DNA from: Candidatus Iainarchaeum sp.
Lineage (GTDB): Archaea > Iainarchaeota > Iainarchaeia > Iainarchaeales > VGJJ01
NCBI GenBank assembly: GCA_030688545.1
Contig: JAUYHT010000006.1
Coordinates: forward strand, 180,001 to 212,000
Direction of reading: 5' to 3'
Length of the DNA stretch: 32,000 nt
Shown here piece by piece: positions 1 to 7,149 of the stretch. Position 1 is the first letter of the stretch. Every line of letters starts with the position of its first letter. The notes below the pieces were generated by a model. The model was not told the DNA's origin and did not search any database. It saw only the letters and a list, made by a program, of their open reading frames with translations. Made by a program: the position numbers and the translations under genes.

Positions 1-1535
1 GCGATGGTCACCTCTTCATTGTCAACGACATCCCCTTTGGCCGCTTCCACGAGGAGTGTTTTTCCGATAGGCACGCGCAGGGTGAAGCTTCCCCCCGCGT
101 CCGCGCGCTGTTCATAAACATAGGGCAGCCACCCCCCTCCCTCCTTCTCCCACACCGTGAACACCGCATCATTAGCGGCCTTCCCATTCGCATGGCTCAC
201 GAACACCACGAGCGTCCCGGATTGCTCGGTGGTGATGGCATTCAGGAAAAGGGCAAGGGTTTTCTTCCCCTCCGAGGCGGGCAAATCATCCCATAATACC
301 GGAGTACGCAATGGGAAATAATTAGGGTGGAAGGCCAGCACCCAATATGCGCGGGTTTGATTCAGCCCAGGGAATTCCGCGTCTCCCGAGAAAGAAGAAG
401 AGAGGTCAGCCAATTTCTGGTTGTTAGCATCCAGAAGAAGAAGTTGCACGTTCGTAAGAGGATTGTTATTCCCCTGATTGCGGGTGGTGACAACAAGTGA
501 AATTCCCCCACTCCCAAGGGAGGCAATGATGGTTTCTTCCTGGTTGCGCAGGGTGAGCCCATTCCCATTGGCGGTATTGGTTGAGAACCCGAGATACCCT
601 TCTTTCTCAACCCGCACCCGAATAACCGTGCCCTTGGGAATGGTTTCAGAATGTTGCCCACTGGATGAAAGGATGTCCGTGTAGGTGGCCCCACTCGCAG
701 CGTCCTCGATGACAATGCGCACATCCCCCAATAGGATTTTGGTTTGCGCATCAATGGCTTTCACCAAAACAGTGCTGGTCCCGCTCCGGGCATCCGCCTT
801 GGGCGAGAGTTCTTTTATTTTGGTATCCGTTCCCGTGAATGTGATGATGTCCACGAGGTCCTCGTAATTGTTGGCTTTCAGGGTGAGGGATATGGCTTTG
901 TTGAGAGGGGCGTTCAATAATGCCACCCCTTCCGCGTTAGTCGTAGTCGTCAATGGAAATTCATTCCCCGTCCACGTGGCAGATACCACGACCCCAGGGA
1001 TAGGCGTCTGCGTCTCCTTGTCCACTATTTTTAATTTACCTACAATGGCTTCGTTATCCCCTTGAAGGATGATGCGTAGCCCGGTGTTGGTGCTGAGCAA
1101 TGTGGCTTCGTTCGACTCATACCCTTGTTTCCGCGCCTGCACGGTAAGCACCGCTTGAGGGGATATTCCTTCTAACAAAATAGTTTGTCCATCCGAAGCC
1201 GTGAGTTCCTTGATAATATTCCCCTGCTCGTCAACGATCTGCAGCGAGGCGTTGCGCAAACTTTCCCCCGTATGGTCGCGGAGTTGAAGGGTAAAAGAAA
1301 TATCCTGCGTCGTGGGAGTAGTGACCAGGTAAGCCAAACCCCCGATCAGCAGAACGAAAAGAGCCAGCGTCACGGGCAATGCGGGAATACCCTTGCTCTC
1401 CAAGGCATCATTGTACGCCCACGGAAAACCGATTCCCTTTTCCTCGAAAAAATCCAGGACACCATAATAGGCATCCTCCAGTTTCACGTAAAGGTTCCCC
1501 AACCCCGCGCTCAAACCCATAGCAATCCCACCCAT
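1..1535 (-). CDS. Membrane-anchored surface protein with tandem carboxypeptidase-regulatory-like (Ig-like beta-sandwich) repeats; C-terminus runs off the window
   Basis: Absent from the ORF track because no stop lies in the window. My reverse-complement translation from ATG 1535 (in-frame ATG also at 1520) stays open to position 1. It reads MGGIAMGLSAGLGNLYVKLEDAYYGVLDFFEEKGIGFPW..IPALPVTLALFVLLIGGLAYLV (one TM helix), then at least 5 repeats of ~85 aa such as GKLKIVDKETQTPIPGVVVSATW..TTNAEGVALL. TATA spacing favours ATG 1520. Confidence 0.75.
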   Translation of the reverse strand, partial: MGGIAMGLSAGLGNLYVKLEDAYYGVLDFFEEKGIGFPWAYNDALESKGIPALPVTLALFVLLIGGLAYLVTTPTTQDISFTLQLRDHTGESLRNASLQIVDEQGNIIKELTASDGQTILLEGISPQAVLTVQARKQGYESNEATLLSTNTGLRIILQGDNEAIVGKLKIVDKETQTPIPGVVVSATWTGNEFPLTTTTNAEGVALLNAPLNKAISLTLKANNYEDLVDIITFTGTDTKIKELSPKADARSGTSTVLVKAIDAQTKILLGDVRIVIEDAASGATYTDILSSSGQHSETIPKGTVIRVRVEKEGYLGFSTNTANGNGLTLRNQEETIIASLGSGGISLVVTTRNQGNNNPLTNVQLLLLDANNQKLADLSSSFSGDAEFPGLNQTRAYWVLAFHPNYFPLRTPVLWDDLPASEGKKTLALFLNAITTEQSGTLVVFVSHANGKAANDAVFTVWEKEGGGWLPYVYEQRADAGGSFTLRVPIGKTLLVEAAKGDVVDNEEVTI

Positions 1536-1548
1536 CAAACCACGGGAA

Positions 1549-1556
1549 TTTATAAA
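1549..1556 (-). promoter_or_regulatory. TATA box (tttataaa, palindromic) upstream of the surface-protein gene
   Basis: Centre lies ~32 nt upstream of ATG 1520 and only ~17 nt from ATG 1535. This implies a near-leaderless transcript using ATG 1520. Confidence 0.5.
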
Positions 1557-1557
1557 G

Positions 1558-1616
1558 GGCCGTTTTCGTCCGGCCGCACCGAGGGACGTGGGAGGTCATT
1601 GACCTCCCAGCGGCCG
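1558..1616 (+). repeat. tRNA-like module A1 (59 nt), first half of dimeric element E1
   Basis: 5' GGCCGTT and 3' AGCGGCC+G can form a 7-bp acceptor-like stem. Inner hairpin is GGGAGGTC-ATT-GACCTCCC. An alternative local hairpin is GGCCG-N8-CGGCC. The 5' end resembles tRNA-Asp (18667-18737). Confidence 0.6.
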
Positions 1617-1655
1617 GAACAATTTGTTTCATTCCAATGTCCACTTTTCAACCAG

Positions 1656-1714
1656 GGCCGTTTTCGACCGGCCGCACCGAGGGACGAGGGGGATTTACAA
1701 TCCCCCGGCGGCCG
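1656..1714 (+). repeat. tRNA-like module A2 (59 nt), second half of dimeric element E1
   Basis: Same 5' GGCCGTTTTCG..CCGGCCGCACCGAGGGACG core as A1. The inner hairpin sequence differs but still pairs (GGGGGAT-TTACA-ATCCCCC). The 3' GGCGGCC+G closes on GGCCGTT. Confidence 0.6.
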
Positions 1715-1749
1715 CTACGACCCATTTATCGCCAAGATAAAGAAAAACA

Positions 1750-1794
1750 CGTTCGCCCGGCCGCACCGAACCCGGGGTATCTACGAAACCCCTG
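1750..1794 (+). repeat. Degenerate module A3
   Basis: CGTTCGCCCGGCCGCACCGA core followed by hairpin GGGGT-N9-ACCCC. It lacks the 5' GGCCG arm. Confidence 0.4.
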
Positions 1795-1814
1795 AAGAAA
1801 AGATATAGATTAAC

Positions 1815-1858
1815 TCGTCCGGCTGCTCCGAAGGATGAGGGGAATTCTGTAAACCTCT
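1815..1858 (+). repeat. Degenerate module A4
   Basis: TCGTCCGGCTGCTCCGAAGGATG is homologous to the A1 core TCGTCCGGCCGCACCGAGGGACG. It is followed by a weak hairpin AGGGG..CCTCT. Confidence 0.35.
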
Positions 1859-1861
1859 GGA

Positions 1862-1963
1862 AATGACTTCCTCCGCGGCCTAAAGGCCGGGGTATCCATG
1901 CAGAGCTAGAACGTCAATCGGCTCGCGTGATCGCTCGCCCAACAATGGGCGACGAATGTCGCC
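1862..1963 (+). repeat. 102-nt direct repeat, copy B1
   Basis: About 93% identical by eye to 2125-2226 (7 differences counted). It contains hairpins CGGCC-TAAA-GGCCG and GGCGAC-GAAT-GTCGCC. Its 5' end (GACTTCCTCCGCGGCC) resembles the 3' end of module A1 (GACCTCCCAGCGGCC). Confidence 0.7.
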
Positions 1964-2077
1964 GGCCAGTTTCGGAACCTTTTTCATAAAAGGTTCATCA
2001 AAAGCATTTTGATCGAACTTTTTTCAAAAGTTCGGCTGGCCGCTGCGATTTTGATCAACCTTTTCTTAAAAGGTTGA
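1964..2077. repeat. 114-nt insertion of four perfect palindromic hairpins, present only in the first copy of the B-C repeat unit
   Basis: Hairpins are 1975-1996 GAACCTTTT/AAAAGGTTC, 1997-2013 ATCAAAA/TTTTGAT, 2014-2034 CGAACTTTT/AAAAGTTCG and 2055-2077 TCAACCTTTT/AAAAGGTTGA. GGCCAG (1964-1969) can pair with CTGGCC (2036-2041) around the first three. Confidence 0.65.
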
Positions 2078-2101
2078 GGGCGAGGTATCCACCTTTTTCG
2101 C

Positions 2102-2124
2102 CGGCCTTTTTTCTAAAAAGGCCG
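2102..2124. repeat. Palindromic T-run hairpin CGGCCTTTTT-TCT-AAAAAGGCCG
   Basis: Perfect 10-bp stem. A truncated copy (TTTTCTAAAAAGGCCGA) recurs at 2347-2363. It belongs to the same NNNCCTTTT..AAAAGGNNN family as 1975-2077 and 18793-18813. Confidence 0.6.
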
Positions 2125-2226
2125 AATGACTTCCTCCGCGGCCTAAAGGCCGGGGTATCCATGTAGAGCTAGAACGTCAATCGGCTCGCGCAATCGCTCG
2201 CCAAAAACTAGGCGACGAATGTCGCC
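2125..2226 (+). repeat. 102-nt direct repeat, copy B2
   Basis: Matches 1862-1963. It is followed by GGGCGAGGCATATCACCTTTTTCGCCGGCC (2232-2261), which repeats 2078-2106. Confidence 0.7.
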
Positions 2227-2274
2227 CTGAAGGGCGAGGCATATCACCTTTTTCGCCGGCCTTCATCGTAAACA

Positions 2275-2310
2275 CCTTTTTCCGCCAACGCTTTTTCCAG
2301 CGGAAAAAGG
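2275..2310. repeat. Long hairpin CCTTTTTCCGC-N14-GCGGAAAAAGG
   Basis: 11-bp perfect stem read directly from the sequence. Confidence 0.5.
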
Positions 2311-2364
2311 GTTGTTACGATGCCCGCAAAACATGGTTTTGCTTGGTTTTCTAAAAAGGCCGAG

Positions 2365-2511
2365 TTAGACCTTCTGGATTAGGCTCACGATAATCAATAG
2401 GATGGCGATGACCAACAGCACGTGGATTATTCCTCCAATACTGGGCAGGCCGATGAATCCTAGGAGCCAGAGAACCAAAATGACGATGGCAATAGTTTGA
2501 AGTGTGTTCAT
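2365..2511 (-). CDS. Small membrane protein, lmo0937/DUF5670-like family
   Basis: MNTLQTIAIVILVLWLLGFIGLPSIGGIIHVLLVIAILLIIVSLIQKV fits the WLLG..GG.IH.LLVIA pattern of this family. A GAGGAGG SD-like motif lies ~10 nt upstream of ATG 2511. The track ORF starts further upstream at 2547. Confidence 0.6.
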   Translation of the reverse strand: MNTLQTIAIVILVLWLLGFIGLPSIGGIIHVLLVIAILLIIVSLIQKV

Positions 2512-2630
2512 AGGAAGAACCTCCTCACCACCCATTCGGTGCTTCAAGAATATATATGGTTACTTTCCCCATTTCCTTATTTGACCTCTTTGGAGGGTTT
2601 TTCAGGTCATTTTCAGGATTTCAACTGTCC

Positions 2631-3173
2631 TCACACCCATCCCTTGGCGTGAACCCTTTTTTTTATCAGGGGGAAATGGATCCATCCGGCATAGATGAGG
2701 GCGAACCCCATGATTAATACGATTCGGAAAAGCACATCATGCGTGAATGTGGCAAACGCCAAAGAGGTGTGTTGGATCTGCATGATGGTGAGGATAATGC
2801 GGGTGAGATTGAGAATGAACAGCAAAGCGATTCCAACCACCAACCCCCTCACACGAGATCCCCATGGTTTCGTAGGCGTCGCGAGAATGGCGGCCCCTAA
2901 CAATATCATTTCGAGCAAGCCTGAGCATAAGGGGGATATTTCAATGAGCGCATTTCCCGAATAGAATTGGATGGGATCCTCCGTCGCCCGGGTGATAATA
3001 CCTAATGATTCCACTCCCCCCCGCGCCAGGTTGGCGAGGAGGGATTGCAGATACATTTCAAATGGCGCGAGGAGAATCCAAAACCCTCCCGCGATAAGTC
3101 CCATTTTTCCAAGGAATGGAAGGGCATCCCTCCACTTAGTTCGATGAGTGTCGGCGGAGGGGGCCTGCATCAT
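2631..3173 (-). CDS. Small exosortase/archaeosortase-family transpeptidase (180 aa)
   Basis: Polytopic membrane protein carrying the ordered family signatures ISPLCSG (Cys), NLTRI (Arg) and FTHD (His). A TATA-like tgatttatc lies ~25 nt upstream of the ATG. Confidence 0.65.
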   Translation of the reverse strand: MMQAPSADTHRTKWRDALPFLGKMGLIAGGFWILLAPFEMYLQSLLANLARGGVESLGIITRATEDPIQFYSGNALIEISPLCSGLLEMILLGAAILATPTKPWGSRVRGLVVGIALLFILNLTRIILTIMQIQHTSLAFATFTHDVLFRIVLIMGFALIYAGWIHFPLIKKRVHAKGWV

Positions 3174-3216
3174 TATAAAGGAAAAGCGATTGCCCTTGAT
3201 AAATCAGGTCGTCCCC

Positions 3217-4248
3217 ATGAAAAAACGAACCACGGCTTTCAAGAATACCAATCACGACTTGCTGTCGCCAGGCGCCATTCTCTTGCGTGCCCTCGGAATT
3301 GCGACGCACATCCCCTTGCTTACCGCGCAAGCCATGATCATCATCCTCACGCTCTTGGCATTAGCCATGTTCACTGTGTTCATGGGTGTCGCCGCGCTCG
3401 GCACAGCATTGGTGTTGGGTTTCCCCGGAGTGGGAGCGGCCGCCATTGGATTAGCGTTAATCATCTGGGTGATAGGAATTATTGGCATCAATGCGTTTGC
3501 CAATGGAATCCAATATCACATCACCATGCAGACCATTTCCAAAAAACCCATTGACATCAGCCTGGCGTGGAAACTATCCTCTGCCCGCGTGGGGGATGCC
3601 TTCGTCCTCCAGAGTATTCTCCTCATCTTCTTCCTAATTCTTTTAGGACTGGCGTTCCTTCCCATCCTGGTGAGCCTTCCATCCATTTCGACTGTTTTGG
3701 CGAATCCCCTCCAAATGGGATTGATGATCGGCCCCCTCTTTCTAGGTCTCTTTGCCGTGCTGATTATTTTATCCCCTTTCCTCATGCTCTTCCTCCCCAT
3801 CGTGTTTTTCGAGGATGCGCATCCCGGGGAAGTCATCGAACGGGCCAGGAAGTACGTGAAAGGGAATTATTGGAGCATTCTCCTGGTGCTCGCTGGCCTG
3901 GTATTCATCAATATCTTCGTTTCCATGATTGCTGATTTCTTCTCGGGAACAATGACCCTTCCCTTTGATAAGAACCAGCGCGTCCTCCTTTTTGTGGGCG
4001 TGGTAATTCTTTCTTTCATTGTTCAAGCTATTGCCACATTGTATGCCACCACCTTCTCAGTGGTAACCCAAACGCTTTTGTACCTCAAAGTGGGAAAACC
4101 CCCAGAGAAAGTCACCTTCATCACCAGGGGCGCGGTATCGTATGCCCTTTCCCGCGTGGCCGGGGATTCCAAATCCACATTTTCCCTACCTGCTTCCTCC
4201 CGGACACCCAAATGGAAAACCCCCAAGCGCAAGACTAAATCGAGATGA
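3217..4248 (+). CDS. Polytopic integral membrane protein, function unknown, with a basic Lys-rich C-terminal tail
   Basis: About 8 hydrophobic segments. ATG 3217 is preferred over the track's GTG 3148, which would overlap the divergent archaeosortase start. Confidence 0.55.
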   Translation: MKKRTTAFKNTNHDLLSPGAILLRALGIATHIPLLTAQAMIIILTLLALAMFTVFMGVAALGTALVLGFPGVGAAAIGLALIIWVIGIIGINAFANGIQYHITMQTISKKPIDISLAWKLSSARVGDAFVLQSILLIFFLILLGLAFLPILVSLPSISTVLANPLQMGLMIGPLFLGLFAVLIILSPFLMLFLPIVFFEDAHPGEVIERARKYVKGNYWSILLVLAGLVFINIFVSMIADFFSGTMTLPFDKNQRVLLFVGVVILSFIVQAIATLYATTFSVVTQTLLYLKVGKPPEKVTFITRGAVSYALSRVAGDSKSTFSLPASSRTPKWKTPKRKTKSR

Positions 4249-4413
4249 AGTTCTTTTTGTCAATTTCCCATTCTGAATTGTCCAGATCGCCGATAAAATC
4301 GATTAATCTAATTCCCCAGTCTTTTTTCACCCATAACCCATTTTAACCCCCGAATGCTTTTCCGGCCGTATGATGGTTAAAAGAGCATCCCGCCCGTTGG
4401 AGGCAGATTCCCT

Positions 4414-6711
4414 ATGAAGATTGGCGGTTTTGAAGTTGGCCCGTACGCGGTGAAGGAGTCCGGGGGAAAGAAGCACCTCATTTATGCGTGCAAGGATTGC
4501 GTGTATGGCGCGTCCCTCGCGGACGATCCGCATTGCCGATTCCACATCTTAACCATTCTTCAGAAAGTCGAAGCCGACCTCATCGTTCTCGCGGATGTGT
4601 ATGAGCGGGTCTATGATGAGAAGCAAACAGTAGAGTGGAAAGAGATCGCCGACCTCATTGGGTATTTCCGTTCCGCGGAGCTGTGGGCCTACTCCCATTT
4701 AGGGGACGCGGACACGGAGAGCGAGGCAGAGTTCGGGGCGCGCCATGATGAAGTGATGCAGATCACGTATGAGGTGCTCTCCTTCGATCCCATCAAGGCC
4801 TATCTCAAACTCCTCGCCGCCGTCAAGCGGGAGACCATGAAAAGCAAGCAGGGGAGCGGTTCCAAGGTATACCTGCAGACCCTCCAGGATATCCGCCAAG
4901 GGTTCGAAAAAACAGCCCTCATCCGGCGCACGAAGGAATATTTAGTCAAACTTGAGAGCATCCCTAATTCCACGGAGTTGTACCGTCATTTCTATGAGGC
5001 GGAGATCAAACCCTCCTTCATTGGCTCGCGCCTCATGTTCGGTCAGGAGATTGAGAATTTCGAGCTGATCGATGAGTATGCGGTGGCCAAATCGAATGTC
5101 CAGATTTTCAACCACCCCCATAAAGTGGCTAAACTCTATTTCGTGAATCCCCCCGAGTATTCTTTATCCCCTGAAAAATATTTTCTTCTCTCCAAGACCA
5201 AAGAAGTGGTCTCCGGCTACAATCCAGGGCGAAGCGGCCTCTCGGACGCGGCGGCGACCCGCACTTATTTCGTACGGGTGTACCAGGCCACCATCCGAGA
5301 TTTGGCCAAACGCAATAACATCCATCTCGCCCCCGAGGAAGTGGAGGAATTGGCGGAAATTGTTTCCAGGTACACCGTGGGGTATGGTATCCTGGAAGTA
5401 CTATTGGGCGACCGGAAGATCACCGACATTTTCTTAGATTCCCCCATCGGGAGCAAACCCGTGTACATTGTGCACGCGGATTATGGGCATTGCTTGACCA
5501 ATATTCTTTACACCGAAAACGAAGCGGAAGCCTTCGTCTCCAAGCTCCGTGCCATGTCTGGAAGGCCCTTCGATGAGGCCCACCCCGTGCTTGATTTCGA
5601 TCTCCAGGGTCAGGAAACCCGTGTCGCGGTTATTGGAAAGCCTTTGGCCCCGGATGGCACGGCCTTCGCATTCCGTCTGCACAAAACAACCCCCTGGACA
5701 CTGGAGCAATACATCGACAACAAATTCATCTCTCCCTTAGCCGCGGGCATGCTCTCATTCTTCATAGATAACAAAGCCACTATGCTCGTGACGGGCTCCC
5801 GGGGGGCGGGAAAAACCTCCCTTTTGGGGGCGATGATGCTTGAGATTTTACCCAATGCCCGCATCATCGTTCAGGAAGACACGCTCGAGCTCCCCGTGCC
5901 CTACATGAAGGACATCGGGTTCAATGTGCAACGGTTGAAAACGCGCTCCCCCATTGGGGTGAGCCAGAGCGACTCCGAGGTGTCCCCGGAGGAGGCCTTG
6001 CGCACCGCCTTACGTTTGGGTGATTCCGCCCTCGTTTTGGGGGAAGTGCGCTCGGAGGAAGCGCGTGTGCTGTATGAGGCCATGCGCGTGGGGGCCGCGG
6101 GCAATACCGTTTTGGGAACCATCCATGCTGATTCTGCATATTCAGTGTGGGATCGCGTGGTGAATGATCTCAAAGTTCCCACCACGAGCTTCAAGGCCAC
6201 CGATTTAGTTGTTGTAGCCCGACCCATACGGTTTTCAGGATCATTGAAATCCCATCGCCGCTTGACTCAAATTACCGAGGTCAAGAAGCACTGGACCAAA
6301 GACCCGGATCAGGAAGGGGGGTTGCTGGACCTCATGCTCTATGATGCGCGCATGGATAACCTGGAACTCCTCGAGGATCATTTGAAGGAGAGCGAGCTCT
6401 TCGAGCGCGTGCGTCGCCTCTCAGGATTGACCCTCAACCAGATGTGGGAAGATATTCGCATGAATGCCAACGCCAAACTGCACATGGTGGAGCTCAAGAA
6501 TAGACATTCCATTCCGGAGCTATTAGAGGCCGAATACACCGCGCCCGCCCGGAGCAAATTAGCTCTAATGAAAGACGAGCAGATTCAGCTCCAGGGGAAG
6601 CCGGATTATCCCAAACTATTAAATGAATGGAAGGAGTGGGTGGAGAAGAACACCGTTACTGCGGTGCTCCGCAAACGCAAGCAGCGCCAAGAGGAACAAG
6701 AGGAGGAATGA
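4414..6711 (+). CDS. Type II/IV secretion-family ATPase (archaeal FlaI/PilB/VirB11-like), 765 aa
   Basis: Walker A GSRGAGKTS, Asp box IIVQEDTLEL, Walker B-like LVLGEVRSEEA, His box GTIHADS. It has an N-terminal Cys/His cluster (CKDC..x11..CRFH) and a ~130-aa C-terminal extension ending in an acidic tail. GGAGG lies 11 nt upstream of the ATG. Confidence 0.9.
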   Translation: MKIGGFEVGPYAVKESGGKKHLIYACKDCVYGASLADDPHCRFHILTILQKVEADLIVLADVYERVYDEKQTVEWKEIADLIGYFRSAELWAYSHLGDADTESEAEFGARHDEVMQITYEVLSFDPIKAYLKLLAAVKRETMKSKQGSGSKVYLQTLQDIRQGFEKTALIRRTKEYLVKLESIPNSTELYRHFYEAEIKPSFIGSRLMFGQEIENFELIDEYAVAKSNVQIFNHPHKVAKLYFVNPPEYSLSPEKYFLLSKTKEVVSGYNPGRSGLSDAAATRTYFVRVYQATIRDLAKRNNIHLAPEEVEELAEIVSRYTVGYGILEVLLGDRKITDIFLDSPIGSKPVYIVHADYGHCLTNILYTENEAEAFVSKLRAMSGRPFDEAHPVLDFDLQGQETRVAVIGKPLAPDGTAFAFRLHKTTPWTLEQYIDNKFISPLAAGMLSFFIDNKATMLVTGSRGAGKTSLLGAMMLEILPNARIIVQEDTLELPVPYMKDIGFNVQRLKTRSPIGVSQSDSEVSPEEALRTALRLGDSALVLGEVRSEEARVLYEAMRVGAAGNTVLGTIHADSAYSVWDRVVNDLKVPTTSFKATDLVVVARPIRFSGSLKSHRRLTQITEVKKHWTKDPDQEGGLLDLMLYDARMDNLELLEDHLKESELFERVRRLSGLTLNQMWEDIRMNANAKLHMVELKNRHSIPELLEAEYTAPARSKLALMKDEQIQLQGKPDYPKLLNEWKEWVEKNTVTAVLRKRKQRQEEQEEE

Positions 6712-6712
6712 T

Positions 6713-7087
6713 ATGGTTCGACCGGGTGGAAAAAGATGGAAGCGTCGGTCCAAAAAAAAACCTACAAAGTACAGTAGCAAAAAAGGCAGAGAACATTTGG
6801 AAGAAAAAGAAAAACGCGCCAGATTAGAAAATTTAGCTGAACAGCGGGAACAAATATCTGAAAGAGGCCGATTACAGAAGATTAGTGAGCTTACCAATAG
6901 ACTTCCACACATTTCTACCATGAACAAAAGAGAATTGGAGAAGGCGCGGCGGCAGTTCATAGCCGATAGGCGGATTCCAATAGAAATACGGGATATATTA
7001 AAAAAAATGACAACTGAAGAATTCAGACCATGGTGGATCCAGCATACTCATAATCGTATCCGGAGGCTTAAGGAATTGAATAACTAA
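6713..7087 (+). CDS. Lys/Arg-rich, probably coiled-coil protein (124 aa), unknown function
   Basis: ATG 6713 follows the ATPase stop (6709-6711) by 1 nt, with AGGAGG at 6701-6706. The sequence is highly basic (MVRPGGKRWKRRSKKKPTKYSSKKGREHLEEKEKRARLE..). Confidence 0.5.
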   Translation: MVRPGGKRWKRRSKKKPTKYSSKKGREHLEEKEKRARLENLAEQREQISERGRLQKISELTNRLPHISTMNKRELEKARRQFIADRRIPIEIRDILKKMTTEEFRPWWIQHTHNRIRRLKELNN

Positions 7088-7120
7088 TTATGTATACAAT
7101 AAATCACCCTAATCGTTTCC

Positions 7121-7128
7121 TATAAATA
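7121..7128 (+). promoter_or_regulatory. TATA box (tataaata) for the platform gene
   Basis: Centre lies ~26 nt upstream of ATG 7150, implying a leaderless mRNA. Confidence 0.55.
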
Positions 7129-7149
7129 CTGCATCCCGGTTCATGGACC

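Noticed and set aside
1590-1706. Reading the inner hairpins of the modules as real anticodon loops (ATT/GTT in A1/A5, TAC in A2/A7)
   Set aside because: Only A2 and A7 can be drawn with U33 and a purine at position 37. A1 and A5 have C33 and are more stable as 8-bp stems with triloops. With no T arm and an unconserved D-like stem, I do not claim they are functional decoding tRNAs.
1185-1808. Track ORF of 207 aa on the plus strand
   Set aside because: Its first third is antisense to the much longer surface-protein ORF (1-1535, minus). The rest reads through the tRNA-like repeats, so its repetitive peptide (..GRTEGRGRSLTSQRPE.. / ..AAPRDEGDLQSPGGR..) simply mirrors DNA repeats. It starts at TTG with no promoter or SD.
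1557-2363. Possible CRISPR array or replication origin
   Set aside because: CRISPR is rejected because repeat units are unequal and degenerate, the inter-repeat segments are themselves repeated at 11350-11398, and no cas genes or leader are present. An origin is rejected because I saw no ORB-like boxes flanking an AT-rich unwinding element, no orc1/cdc6 nearby, and the hairpins are largely GC-clamped.
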